NCBI GenBank assembly: GCA_038246545.1
Contig: JBBRVW010000018.1
Location: 6,490 to 70,489, forward strand
Length of the DNA stretch: 64,000 nucleotides
From: Actinomycetes bacterium
GTDB lineage: Bacteria; Actinomycetota; Actinomycetes; JACCUZ01
Direction: 5' to 3'
A model generated the notes under the pieces. That model had not been told where the DNA came from. It ran no database searches and saw only the letters and a list, made by a program, of their open reading frames with translations. The position numbers and the translations under genes were made by a program. Positions 35,309-45,372 of this stretch are shown piece by piece. Each line of letters begins with the position of its first letter. Positions within the stretch are counted from its first letter, which is position 1.

Positions 35309-36157
35309 TCAGTGCGGTGCGACGACGACGGCCAGCATCCCGGGACCCACGTGGGCGCCGACCACGGCACCGACCTCGCTGACGACCAGCCGGTCCAGTC
35401 CGGTCATCCGTCCCCGGAGCCGCCCGGCCAGCGCCTCGGCCCGCTCCGGACTGGCCAGGTGGTGCACCGCGACGTCGACCGGGCGGCTGCCGGCCGCGGC
35501 CACCGCGACCTCCTCGAGCCGGGCGATCGCCTTGGCGGCGGTGCGCACCTTCTCCAGCGGCTCGATGTGCCCGTCGACCATCTGCAGCAGCGGCTTCATG
35601 GCCAGCGCCGACCCGACAAGGGCGGCCGCTGCGCCGATCCGCCCGCCCCTGCGGAGGTGCTCGAGCGTGTCGACGTAGAAGACGGCGGTCGAGGCCGAGG
35701 CTCGACGTCGAGCGGCGTCGGCGACCTCGTCCTCGGGCCGGCCCTCGGCTGCCGCAGCCGCCGCCGAGAGGACGGCGAAGCCCAGCCCCATGCCCAGCGT
35801 CTCGGAGTCGACGACCTCGGTGGGCACCGGCGACTCCTTGGCGGCCAGCCGGGCCGACTCGACCGTGCCGGACATCTGCGCCGACAGGTGCACCGACACG
35901 ACCGCCCCGCAGCCGGCGTCGGCAGCCCGCTGGTAGGCCGCCGCGAACGCCGCCGGCCCGGGCCTGGACGTCGAGACCGGCTGCCAGCGACGCAGCGCGT
36001 CGGCGACCGTTCCGGCCGAGGCCTGGTCGAGCTCGTCGTACGACGTGCCGCCGATCACCACCTGCAGCGGCACCACCTCGATGCCGCTCTCGCGGACCAG
36101 CTCGGCCGGCAGGTACGCCGTCGAGTCGGTGACGACCCCGACCCGGTGCTCCGACAT
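35309..36157 (-). CDS. DegV family fatty-acid-binding protein
   Basis: VVTDSTAYLP N-terminus and DegV fold pattern. Confidence 0.8.
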   Translation of the reverse strand: MSEHRVGVVTDSTAYLPAELVRESGIEVVPLQVVIGGTSYDELDQASAGTVADALRRWQPVSTSRPGPAAFAAAYQRAADAGCGAVVSVHLSAQMSGTVESARLAAKESPVPTEVVDSETLGMGLGFAVLSAAAAAAEGRPEDEVADAARRRASASTAVFYVDTLEHLRRGGRIGAAAALVGSALAMKPLLQMVDGHIEPLEKVRTAAKAIARLEEVAVAAAGSRPVDVAVHHLASPERAEALAGRLRGRMTGLDRLVVSEVGAVVGAHVGPGMLAVVVAPH

Positions 36158-36232
36158 GCGGTGAGGCTACCGACCGGGCCGCGGGCGCGCGGGCAGGTCG
36201 GCCCGGGCGGGCCGGTCAGCCGCTCAGCCCGC

Positions 36233-39097
36233 TCAGCCCGGGACGACGTTGACCAGCTTGGGTGCCCGCACGACGACCGTCCGCACCCCGCGGCCCTCCA
36301 GGGCCCGCTGCACCGCCTCGGACGCCAGCGCCTTCTCGCGCAGCGCGTCCTCGGTGATGTCGGCCGGCACCTCCAGCCGGTCGCGAACCTTGCCCTGCAC
36401 CTGCACGACGCAGGTCACGGTGTCCTCGACCAGCAGGGCCGGGTCGGCGACCGGGAAGTCGACATAGGTCAGCGACCCGTGGTGGCCCAGCCGCGACCAC
36501 AGCTCCTCCGCCAGGTGCGGGGCCAGCGGCGCCACCATCAGCACCAGCGCCTCGGCGACCTCGCGGTGCGTGACTCCGGTCTTGACCACGTGGTTGTTCA
36601 GCTCGATCAGCCGGGCGATGGAGGTGTTGGCTCGCAGGTTCTCCATGTCGGTGCGCACCGTATCGATGGTGCGGTGCAGCAGCCGGCGCGTCGCCTCGTC
36701 AGCAGGCTCGTCGACGACGCGCACTGCACCGGTCTCCTCGTCGACGACGTTGCGCCACAACCGCTGCAGGAACCGGTGCGAGCCGATGACCGCGCGCGTC
36801 TCCCACGGCCGCGACGCGTCCAGCGGGCCCATCGACATCTCGTACAGCCGGAACGTGTCGGCGCCGTACGTGTCGCACATGTCGTCCGGCGTGACCATGT
36901 TCTTCAGGCTCTTGCCCATCTTCCCGTAGTCACGGTTGACGGGCCGGCCCTCGTGCAGGTAGGTGACGACGCCGTCCACCAGCTCCTGCGTGACCTCTTC
37001 GGCCGGGACGTACAGGCCGCGCTCGTCGGTGTAGGCGAAGGCCTGGATCATCCCCTGGTTGAACAGCTTGTGGAAGGGCTCGCTGCTCGACACGTGGCCC
37101 AGGTCGTGCAGCACCTTGTGCCAGAACCGCGCGTACAGCAGGTGCAGCACCGCGTGCTCCGCGCCCCCGACGTACAGGTCGACACCACCGGTGTGCCCCT
37201 CGCCCTGCGGGCCCATCCAGTACCGCTCCACCTCCGGGTCGACGAACCGCTCGGTGTTGGTCGGGTCCAGGTAGCGCAGCTCGTACCAGCAGGAGCCGGC
37301 CCACTGCGGCATGGTGTTGGTCTCGCGGCGGTACTGCTTCGGCCCGTCGCCCAGGTCCAGGGTCACCTCCACCCAGTCGGAGTTGCGCGCCAGCGGCGGC
37401 TCCGGCTCGGACGTCGTGTCGCCCTCGGGGAAGGTCCGCGGCGAGTAGTCGTCGACCTCCGGCAGCTCGACGGGCAGCATCGAGTCAGGGACGGCGACGG
37501 GCAGGTCTTGCTCGTCGTAGACGATCGGGAACGGCTCGCCCCAGTAGCGCTGCCGGCTGAACAGCCAGTCGCGCAGCTTGTAGGTCACGGTGCGCCGGCC
37601 TTTGCCCTTCGACTCCAGCCAGTCGATGATCCGCGCCTTGGCCTCGGTGACGCCCAGCCCGTCCAGGCTGATCTCCTCGTTGGCGGAGTTGATCGCCGGG
37701 CCGTCACCCGTGAACGCCTCGCCGTCCCAGCTCTCCGGCGGCGCCACGGTACGGACGATCGGCAGGCCGAAGCGCTTCGCGAACTCCCAGTCACGCTCGT
37801 CCTGGCCGGGCACCGCCATGATCGCGCCGGTGCCGTAGCCCATCAGGACGTAGTCGGCGACGAACACCGGCAGCGCCTGCCCGTTGGCCGGGTTGGTCGC
37901 GTGGCCACCGGTCCACACTCCGGTCTTCTCGCGGCCCTCGGTCTGCCGCTCCAGGTCGGTCCTCAGCTCCGCCGACCGCCGGTACGCCTCGACGGCGTCG
38001 CGAGGCGTCGCGTGACCGCCGGTCCACGACGTCGGTACGTCGCCGGGCCAGGCACCGGTAGCCAGCAGGTCGACGGCGGGGTGCTCGGGCGCGACCACCA
38101 TGAACGTCGCACCGAACAACGTGTCGGGCCGGGTGGTGAAGACCTCCAGGGCGCCGCCGTCGCTGGCGAACTCGACCACCGCCCCCTCGGACCGGCCGAT
38201 CCAGTTGCGCTGCTGCAGCTTGATGGACTCCGGCCAGTCCAACGTGTCCAGGTCGGCAAGCAGCCGGTGCGCGTAAGCGGTGATGCGCATCTTCCACTGC
38301 CGCAGGTCGCGCTTGAAGACGGGGAAGTTGCCGCGGTCGCTGCGCCCCTCGGAGGTGACCTCCTCGTTGGCCAACACGGTGCCCAGGGCAGGGCACCAGT
38401 TGACCGGGGCGTGCGAGACGTAGGCCAGCCGGTGCGCGTCGACCACCCGTCGGCGCGCCACCTCGTCCAGGTCCGCCCACGGGGTGCCGTCGGCGACACC
38501 GGGCACACCGGTCGGCAGCGGCCGGGCGCCGGACGCGAGCAGGGGCACCAGCTCGTCGACCGGACGGGCCCGGTCCGCCTGCTCGTCGTACCAGCTCGAG
38601 AAGATCTGGTTGAAGATCCACTGCGTCCAACGGTAGAAGCCGGTGTCGATCGTCGTGACGCTGCGGCGCGGGTCGTGGGCCAGCCCCAGCCGTCGCAGCT
38701 GGGCGCGCATCGTGGCGGTGTTGGACTCCGTGGTGACCCGCGGGTGCTGGCCGGTCTGCACGGCGTACTGCTCGGCGGGCAGGCCGAACGCGTCGTAGCC
38801 CAGCGCGTGCAGCACGTTGTGCCCGGTCATCCGCTTGAACCGGCCGTAGACGTCGGTCGCGATGTAGCCCAGCGGGTGGCCGACGTGCAGCCCGATGCCG
38901 GAGGGGTACGGGAACATGTCCAGCACGTACTTCTTCGGCCGCGCGGCGACCTTGTCCGGCTCCGCCATCGGGCCGGCCGGGTTCGGCGCCTCGAAGGTGC
39001 GCTCGGCGTCCCACCGGTCCTGCCAGCGGCTCTCGATCTCGCCGGCCATCGCCGCGGTGTAGCGGTACGGCGCCTCGTCGCGGGGGGTGTCGGTCAT
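36233..39097 (-). CDS. leuS: leucine--tRNA ligase
   Basis: [18 protein letters not shown] (HIGH) and KMGKS (KMSKS) motifs, about 954 aa. Confidence 0.95.
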   Translation of the reverse strand: MTDTPRDEAPYRYTAAMAGEIESRWQDRWDAERTFEAPNPAGPMAEPDKVAARPKKYVLDMFPYPSGIGLHVGHPLGYIATDVYGRFKRMTGHNVLHALGYDAFGLPAEQYAVQTGQHPRVTTESNTATMRAQLRRLGLAHDPRRSVTTIDTGFYRWTQWIFNQIFSSWYDEQADRARPVDELVPLLASGARPLPTGVPGVADGTPWADLDEVARRRVVDAHRLAYVSHAPVNWCPALGTVLANEEVTSEGRSDRGNFPVFKRDLRQWKMRITAYAHRLLADLDTLDWPESIKLQQRNWIGRSEGAVVEFASDGGALEVFTTRPDTLFGATFMVVAPEHPAVDLLATGAWPGDVPTSWTGGHATPRDAVEAYRRSAELRTDLERQTEGREKTGVWTGGHATNPANGQALPVFVADYVLMGYGTGAIMAVPGQDERDWEFAKRFGLPIVRTVAPPESWDGEAFTGDGPAINSANEEISLDGLGVTEAKARIIDWLESKGKGRRTVTYKLRDWLFSRQRYWGEPFPIVYDEQDLPVAVPDSMLPVELPEVDDYSPRTFPEGDTTSEPEPPLARNSDWVEVTLDLGDGPKQYRRETNTMPQWAGSCWYELRYLDPTNTERFVDPEVERYWMGPQGEGHTGGVDLYVGGAEHAVLHLLYARFWHKVLHDLGHVSSSEPFHKLFNQGMIQAFAYTDERGLYVPAEEVTQELVDGVVTYLHEGRPVNRDYGKMGKSLKNMVTPDDMCDTYGADTFRLYEMSMGPLDASRPWETRAVIGSHRFLQRLWRNVVDEETGAVRVVDEPADEATRRLLHRTIDTVRTDMENLRANTSIARLIELNNHVVKTGVTHREVAEALVLMVAPLAPHLAEELWSRLGHHGSLTYVDFPVADPALLVEDTVTCVVQVQGKVRDRLEVPADITEDALREKALASEAVQRALEGRGVRTVVVRAPKLVNVVPG

Positions 39098-39142
39098 GTC
39101 GTCGCGCCTCTTCGGGTCGTCTGCCGGGTCCGGACATGGAAA

Positions 39143-39164
39143 AGCCCCTCGACGTGGAGGGGCT
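39143..39164 (-). terminator. intrinsic terminator downstream of the GGDEF gene
   Basis: AGCCCCTC-GACGTG-GAGGGGCT hairpin followed on the minus strand by TTTTCC. Confidence 0.45.
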
Positions 39165-39308
39165 GCCGCGCTGACGTGGTGCTGGTCAGCGCGGCTCGGT
39201 AAGGAGCAGTCCGTACCTCACCTCGGCAGCGTACCGGATCGCCAGGGTCTGCTCATATGCCGACGTGCCCGGACCAGAGGCGGGCAGCAGGTCCGCCACT
39301 GAAGAGAG

Positions 39309-40439
39309 CTACTCCGCGACGGGAGGCGGCGAGCCGGCAGTGGGCGGGTGGTCGACCACGGCCCGCCGCTGTGGGAGGGCGCCCGCCTCCTTGCGCAGGG
39401 ACCGCCTCAGGTACATCTCCTGGTCGGCCTTGCCGAGCAGCGTCTCGAGGGTGCCGGAGTCCCAGGGAGCCAGCATCGCGCCGCCGGCGCTGACCCGCAC
39501 CGGCCAGACCTCGGCCGGGACCTCGTCGGTGAGCACGACACCGTCGCGCACCCGCCGCTCGAGCTCGAGCGGGGCCATGCCCGCGCCGGGGCCGACGACG
39601 CAGAACTCGTCGCCGCCCCAGCGGGCAACGACGTCGGTGGCCCGGGTGGCCGCCCGCAGCGCCTCGGCGACCGCGACGATCACCTCGTCGCCGATGGCGT
39701 GGCCCATGGCGTCGTTGACCCGCTTGAGGCCGTCGATGTCGACGAAGATGCAGTGCACCGCGTCGCCCTGGCGGCGGGCCTGCTCGACCATCTGGCCGCC
39801 GACCATCGCGAGGCCCCGGCGGTTGGCCAGGCCGGTGAGGTGGTCGCGCACGGCAGCGGACTCGGCTTCGGTGCGGGCCGAAGCCAGCTCGCGGACGTTC
39901 GCCCGGCGCAGGTGGTTGACGACCAGCGAAAGAAGCGTCGCGATGCACATCCCGACGATGAAGTGCGGCCACTGCGGGGTGGCCCCCACGAGGAAGGCGC
40001 CGACCCCCCAGGTGCCCCACGCCAGGTAGAGGGTGGCCGCCAGCCAGCGCAGGGACAGCAGCACCGCGCCCGCACCGACGATGAGGAGCATGACGTTGGT
40101 GGTCTGGCGCGGCTGGTCGACCATCACCAGGTGTAGCACCGAGGCGCAGACGGCGAGCAGCACCATGCCCGAGGTGACGGCGTGAGCGAGCTGGTCGGGC
40201 AGCCGGTGCCGGCGAACGGCGAGCGCGAAGCCACCGAGCAGCACGGCCGCGCCGGCGGCGGTGGCCACCAGGACGACCCGAGAGCTGCCGTCGAGCATGA
40301 GCAGGTGCAGCGGGACGAAGGCAACGAAGAGCAGGGCGAGGCAGGCCGCGAGGCCCGGAACTGCAGCCGTCACCGCCGCGTCGTACGTCTCCTCGAGCGT
40401 CGGCGACACACGGCTTCTCTCGACAGGACGACCAGGCAC
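39309..40439 (-). CDS. membrane-anchored diguanylate cyclase (GGDEF domain)
   Basis: About 6 N-terminal TM helices then a GGDEF domain with intact RWGGDEFCV active site. GTG start at 40439. Confidence 0.8.
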   Translation of the reverse strand: MPGRPVERSRVSPTLEETYDAAVTAAVPGLAACLALLFVAFVPLHLLMLDGSSRVVLVATAAGAAVLLGGFALAVRRHRLPDQLAHAVTSGMVLLAVCASVLHLVMVDQPRQTTNVMLLIVGAGAVLLSLRWLAATLYLAWGTWGVGAFLVGATPQWPHFIVGMCIATLLSLVVNHLRRANVRELASARTEAESAAVRDHLTGLANRRGLAMVGGQMVEQARRQGDAVHCIFVDIDGLKRVNDAMGHAIGDEVIVAVAEALRAATRATDVVARWGGDEFCVVGPGAGMAPLELERRVRDGVVLTDEVPAEVWPVRVSAGGAMLAPWDSGTLETLLGKADQEMYLRRSLRKEAGALPQRRAVVDHPPTAGSPPPVAE

Positions 40440-40762
40440 CTTGACACCGTAGGGCCGACGGCGCGCGAGCGGGAGGCCCTTGCCCGAGGGAGCAGCCCGG
40501 ATGGAGCAGCATCCGGGCGACCCGGTACGCGCCCCGTCGCGCAGGGCAACCAGGCCCGGTGCCGGACCCGGGTCTTCACCGGCTCGTCACCCGCCGGGCC
40601 GGGCGAGGCACCCGCGCGGTCACTTCCGGCGCACAGCCTGAGGAGGTGACTCGTCTCGTCGTCAGCTGGTACCGCGTCCGCCACAGCGCCAGCCATCGTG
40701 GGCGGTGCCGCTGCTGGATCTGCGAGGGCTGAGCCGCCGGCGCAGGGGCCCTCGCGTGGTCC

Positions 40763-41653
40763 TCACCGGAAGGGCCGCGCGGCGGTCGCGGACGGCGGCG
40801 GCCGCCGTCGACGGGTTACTCGCTCGGGCCGTGCCACGGCGTCGAGCACGGCCCACACGACCTTGCCGCCGTCGGGGTGCGGGAGCACGCCCCAGGCACT
40901 GGTGAGCTGGGCGACGATGGCTAGGCCGCGCCCGTCTTCGTCCGAGCGCCGCCCGTGCTGCTCGACCGGCGGGTCATGACTGTGGTCCCGAACCGCTATG
41001 CGGATCGACCGTCGGTGCTCGGCGACGGTCAGGTCGATGTCGGTGCCGGCGTGGATCATCGCGTTGGTGACGAGCTCGCTGGCGACGAGGCAGGCGTCGG
41101 CGATCTGCTGGGTCAGCCGCCACTCCAGCAGGGTTCGGCTGACGAGGTCTCGTGCGGCTCGTGGCGCGGTCGGGTGGGGCGCAAGTCGCCGCGACACCAC
41201 AGCGGGGCGGGCGGCCTGAAGGATCGCCGACAGGGCCAGTGGCAGCGATGCGGTGACCATGAGTCGGCCACCGAGGAGGTCGGTTCGGAGTGCCTGTCCG
41301 CCTCGCGCGCCGAGGCAGGTCATCGCCACAGGGACACCGGGCCAGTCGCGTGGGTGCCTGCCAGCCGAGGCGAGCTTCAGAAGCGCACCGGGTGCGCTGA
41401 CGTCGACCACTCGGGACATGTCGCAGGCCACACCACGCGGTCCTTGTGCCAGAGCGAGCCGGATCGCGTGGTCCAGCTCTTCGACGATATCGCCGAGGGG
41501 ACCCGCGACGTCCAGGACGATGACCTGACCCACGGGGTGGGTGTCGACCGACGTCCGCTGCGTCGCCGCGTCGCTCCGTGGCCGGCCCGCTGTCCCGTCG
41601 AATCGGCGGGCCGGCACTGCCGTGAGGTGTGGCTGCTTCGATGTCCGCGCCAT
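40763..41653 (-). CDS. single-chain STAS (anti-sigma antagonist-like) + HATPase_c (anti-sigma kinase-like) fusion protein
   Basis: N-terminal STAS-like region (VIVLDVAGPLGDIVEELDHAIRLAL...) fused to an RsbW-like ATPase (LVASELVTNAMIHAGTDIDL...DGRGLAIVAQL). Confidence 0.6.
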   Translation of the reverse strand: MARTSKQPHLTAVPARRFDGTAGRPRSDAATQRTSVDTHPVGQVIVLDVAGPLGDIVEELDHAIRLALAQGPRGVACDMSRVVDVSAPGALLKLASAGRHPRDWPGVPVAMTCLGARGGQALRTDLLGGRLMVTASLPLALSAILQAARPAVVSRRLAPHPTAPRAARDLVSRTLLEWRLTQQIADACLVASELVTNAMIHAGTDIDLTVAEHRRSIRIAVRDHSHDPPVEQHGRRSDEDGRGLAIVAQLTSAWGVLPHPDGGKVVWAVLDAVARPERVTRRRRPPPSATAARPFR

Positions 41654-41902
41654 GACGCTCGAACTACCTTCGGTCGTCCTGACCCACAGGACGAGACCAC
41701 CGGGTCCTGACGCGGCCGCGGCGTCGAGCGAGCGCGATCGGGGTCTGGGAGGGCGCCGAACCCGACGCTACGCTCGCGGGTCCGACGAAGCCAATTGACC
41801 TTTGCTGACGGACGGCGCGACCGGACCACCCGGCGGCGACCCGGACCGGAGCCGTCGATCTTGTCAACCTGTCAAGCTGTCAATCTCCGGTACCCGGACG
41901 AG

Positions 41903-42001
41903 GGCACCAGAGCCGACTCTGGCCGCCTCCCGACAGGGGAAACGGCCAGGTCATCGAGGTGGAGCTGAGGGGGCTCGAACCCCTGACCCCCACACTGCCA
42001 G
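41903..42001. repeat. att-like direct repeat carrying a displaced tRNA-Ala 3' half (left island boundary)
   Basis: About 99 bp with about 90% identity to 45274..45372. Includes GGTGGAGCTGAGGGGGCTCGAACCCCTGACCCCCACACTGCCAG (tRNA positions 32-75) plus about 55 nt of tRNA-downstream sequence. The 5' half of the tRNA is absent here. Confidence 0.6.
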
Positions 42002-42149
42002 CTTGGCCGACGGTCGTCCGCCTCCGATCGTGCATGTCGTTTCCGCAGGTCCGCGCAGTATGACGGGGCCGTGCGGACCCCTGCGAACTGCCTCGGATTG
42101 AAGCAGTGGCCACCAAAGTGGCACCAGAATCGCAGCGGCAGCCTCGTCG

Positions 42150-42981
42150 TCACCTCCTGCTGGTCGGGACGTCCCGTCGCGGGGAGCGCTCAGCTTTCGG
42201 ACTCAACGGCGATGTTGCGGATGCCACCGGGGCGACCTGCCGTGATCCACGTTCGGTACAAACCCCAGCGATCAGTAGGGAGGCGCCGAGGCTGGCCAGC
42301 GGAGGGCCCCGCGCGAGGTTCACCACCAGCGTGAACGTGACGACCCGGGCACCCAAGACGTTCAGCAGGGGATGGCCTCGGCGTCTGTCGTGGGGGGAGA
42401 ACACAGCCATCGCCGCTAGTCCGGCCAAACGGCTCAGGAAAACCGAGACGGCGTAGAACAGGACGAGTTCCTGGTCACGCCCGCCGGCAGCAGCAGTGAC
42501 TGCCCCCGCGGCCACGTTGAACACGACGACCCCCCAGAACGGGGTGTGATGAGCGTTCGTCCGGCCCAGCGGATGCCTTCAGTGGTACCGGTCCGGCTGG
42601 TGTGTCGAGCCAGCGCCTTGAGCAGGCCCGGGCCGGCCTGGAACGAGGAGCTTGCGGCCGACAGCAGCAGCAGTGCGCTGACCAGCTGGAACGCCGCGAA
42701 CAGAGGCCCGGGCGCGGCCACCCGGCGAGCTCAGCGATCTGGGTGCTGTCCGCGGGCGGGATTCCGACCTGGAGGTCCATCGTTGGAACCAGCGGCGCCA
42801 GGTCGCCACGCAGCGCGCGCAAGGCAGCCTCGACGGCGTAGGCCACGGACGACACCGGGTCGGCCATGATGGCGTAGGAGAACGCCAGCAGCGGGGCGGG
42901 CCGAGAACGGAGGGCAATGCCGAGCCGGACGGTCCGGTGGTACCGGCTGGGGCCGTGTTCTGGGTCCGGGGGCATGGCCAC
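42150..42981 (-). pseudogene. fragmented, truncated membrane transporter (permease N-terminal region split over three frames)
   Basis: Pieces LLAFSYAIMADPVSSVAYAVEAALRAL..., LFAAFQLVSALLLLSAASS... and FNVAAGAVTAAAGG...LVLFYAVSVFLSRLAGLAA... lie in different frames on the minus strand. The gene ends abruptly near the island boundary. Confidence 0.35.
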
Positions 42982-43044
42982 CGTTCGAGGCCGCGGGCAA
43001 CCGCGAAAGGTCGGCTTCGGGGCCGGCGTTGCTGGGCGATGCGG

Positions 43045-44037
43045 TCAGCCGCCGTGGTCCTCGGCGGAAGGAGTGCGACGTCGGCTGCTTACCAGCGCGG
43101 CCCGCTTGGCCGAAAGTCGCGACCAGACTGCCTGCTGGAAGGCCAGTGTCCCCCAACCGGCCAGGGCCATGCCGGTCAGGTTGACCAGCAGCTGCAGTCC
43201 ACTGCCCGCCACCTCGTGCCAGGCGCCGAAAGCCAGGCCGAGAGCCACGTTGCCCGAAGCCGGCACGGTGGTCACTGAGATGAACACCCCCGACAGACCA
43301 CCCACTTTCGCCGACGTCAAGGACAGCACTCCGGCGGCGGCGGCGGCGATGGCCACCAGGAAGGACCACTTGTCAGGCGTGTAGATGAAGTCGGTCTGTG
43401 GACGTCGTCCGACGACGTCAGCCCGCTCGACCCATCCGACGGCCCGCGCGAGCAGAGCGAGCAGTGTCGCGATCACGATGGAGGTGCCGAAACCCAGCAA
43501 CAGCGTACTCAGCGCGCGTCCCAACAGGGTTCGGCGTCGTCGGACGAGTGCCAGGCCTAGCGCCGCGATAGGAACGAACTCCGGTCCAAGCACCATCGCC
43601 CCAATGACGAGGATCTGCGAGTCCAGCACGATGGCGATGCTCGCGATCAGCGTTGCCAGTGACATGAAGCTGAGATAGGTCCAGTTCAGCTCCGAGTCCT
43701 CGTAGGCGCGCTGGGTGACCTCCGCCCACACGACCGAGTCCGAGCTGCTGCCCGGCGTCAACCGCTCCGCGTCGAACCCGCGCTGCGACAGCCAGGCCTG
43801 CACCGGCTCGAGGTGGATCGTGCCTTCCTCCGGGACACCGAGGTCACGCAGCCTGTCAACGACCTGGTTGGCGCCCTCCCTGGCGATGTCGGCAAGGATG
43901 ACGTCACCTTCTGGGAGCAGCGACGCACCGCGGAGAACAGCGAGGCTGCTGACGGCTCCGTCCCGTTCGAGCATCTCGACCACCGGCCCCGAGAGCGCAG
44001 TCGTGGTCGACACCCGCAGCTGCAGCACGTTGGACAT
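43045..44037 (-). CDS. DUF389 (TIGR00341-like) membrane protein
   Basis: 330-aa intact ORF with a soluble N-terminal domain and about 6 TM helices. ATG at 44037. Confidence 0.6.
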   Translation of the reverse strand: MSNVLQLRVSTTTALSGPVVEMLERDGAVSSLAVLRGASLLPEGDVILADIAREGANQVVDRLRDLGVPEEGTIHLEPVQAWLSQRGFDAERLTPGSSSDSVVWAEVTQRAYEDSELNWTYLSFMSLATLIASIAIVLDSQILVIGAMVLGPEFVPIAALGLALVRRRRTLLGRALSTLLLGFGTSIVIATLLALLARAVGWVERADVVGRRPQTDFIYTPDKWSFLVAIAAAAAGVLSLTSAKVGGLSGVFISVTTVPASGNVALGLAFGAWHEVAGSGLQLLVNLTGMALAGWGTLAFQQAVWSRLSAKRAALVSSRRRTPSAEDHGG

Positions 44038-44242
44038 CCTCGCTCACCGCCGGGCCCAGCCATCCACCTGCGGCACGCCGACACGCCGGTCCATGGCGCC
44101 CGCCGGGCTCGTCTGGCCGCGCCTCGCGTCAAGAACGCGTCAAGATCGCAGACCGCGGCGTCAGGACGGCGTTAACGACTCCGCTACCACACCCGCGGCA
44201 CTGGAAAGAGGTTCGCGTGAGCAACATGCTGTCTGCGCCGAG

Positions 44243-45260
44243 GTGACAGCCAAGGTCCGAGCCGTGGAGCGCCGGCGCGATGAGGGCGTCGCGGCGGCTT
44301 CCGGCCGCGGGTCTACTCTGTCGGAATGGCTTGAGCACTGGCTCGAGCAGATCGCCGCTCGACGAGTCCGACCCAGGACTCTTGAGAGCTACCGAGCGAC
44401 CGGTCCGGCTCCACATCGGCCCTAGCATCGGCGCGCAGCGGCTCGCGAAATTGCAGCCCGAACAGGTCGAGGCGATGTACGGCCAGATGCTCGCCTCGGG
44501 CCTCTCCGCGTCTTCCGTACTGCGCACCCACCGCATCCTCAGCCGTGCTCTCAAGGTCGCCATGCAGCGCGGCAAGATCACCCGCAACGTGTGTACTCTG
44601 GTGGACCCGCCGACACCGAAGCGGTCCGAAAGCAGCCCGCTGACTGTCGACGAGGCGCGGCGGGTGCTGAATGCTGCACAAGACGTCAGGAATCCGGCTC
44701 GCTGGACGGTTGCCCTGGCGCTCGGCCTGCGACAGTCCGACGCGCTCGGCCTGGCGTGGTCCGACGTCGACCTGGCTGGCGGGACGCTTTCGGTCCGGCT
44801 GGGGCTCCACCGTGTCTCCGGTAAGGGGCTCGTGTTCGAGGAGCCCAAGTCGGCCCGCAGTCGCCGAACTCTGGCCCTGCCAGCCCAGCTCGTCGACGGG
44901 CTTCGTCTCCAGCGCCTGGCGCAAGACAGGGAACGTGAGGTCGCCGGCACCGAGTGGCAGGGTCAGGACTTCGCATTCGCCCAGGCCAACGGACGCCCGC
45001 TCGATCGCCGCTCCGACTGGGAGCACTGGCGAGCCCGCCTCACCTCGGCCGGAGTCCGGCGGGTCCGCCTGCACGACGGACGGCACACGGCTGCGACCCT
45101 GCTGCTCACGGCCGGAGTACACCGAGGGTCGTCATGGAACTGCCCGGCCACTCCCAGATGCGCACGACCACCGACGTCTACAGCCACGTTATGCCAGCCC
45201 TCGCCCGGGAAGCCGCCGAGCAGATGGGGACGGCCCTGTTGGGGCCCTGACCGAAACTAG
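44243..45260 (+). pseudogene. int: tyrosine-type site-specific integrase with two frameshifts and a short N-terminus
   Basis: Frame 1 is ...TLSEWLEHWLEQIAARRVRPRTLESYR, then stop. Frame 2 is VRLHIGPSIGAQRLAKLQPEQVEAMY...VRLHDGRHTAATLLLTAGVH. Frame 3 is PRVVMELPGHSQMRTTTDVYSHVMPALAREAAEQMG, with catalytic R..HxxR..Y. Shifts lie near 44396..44402 and 45122 (apparent loss of one C in a run). Confidence 0.65.
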
Positions 45261-45273
45261 TGGCCACCAAAAT

Positions 45274-45372
45274 GGCACCAAAGACGACACTGGCCGCCTC
45301 CCAGAAAGGGAAACGGCCAGGTCATCGGGGTGGAGCTGAGGGGACTCGAACCCCTGACCCCCACACTGCCAG
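45274..45372. repeat. att-like direct repeat overlapping the 3' half of the intact tRNA-Ala (right island boundary)
   Basis: Matches 41903..42001. It spans from about 55 nt downstream of the tRNA 3' end to the anticodon loop. Confidence 0.6.

Noticed and set aside
36158-36232. Short tandem AGCCCGCTC repeats between degV and leuS, considered as a possible CRISPR-like or minisatellite element
   Set aside because: Only about 2.5 copies of a 9-mer are present with no spacer architecture; most likely a simple GC-rich intergenic slippage motif.
35210-39202. 1330-aa plus-strand ORF, and similar giant ORFs at 18036..20756, 27191..30553, 60080..62611, 3500..5152 and 6111..7613
   Set aside because: All are antisense to well-supported minus-strand genes (leuS, the acyl-CoA synthetase, M6 protease B, pbp2, era, corC). 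They are Arg/Gly/Pro-rich, stop-codon-poor artefacts of 70% GC DNA.
41959-42001. Possible second tRNA gene
   Set aside because: Only the 3' half (anticodon loop to the 3' end) is present and no 5' acceptor/D-arm precedes it. It is the displaced att-site copy, not a functional tRNA.
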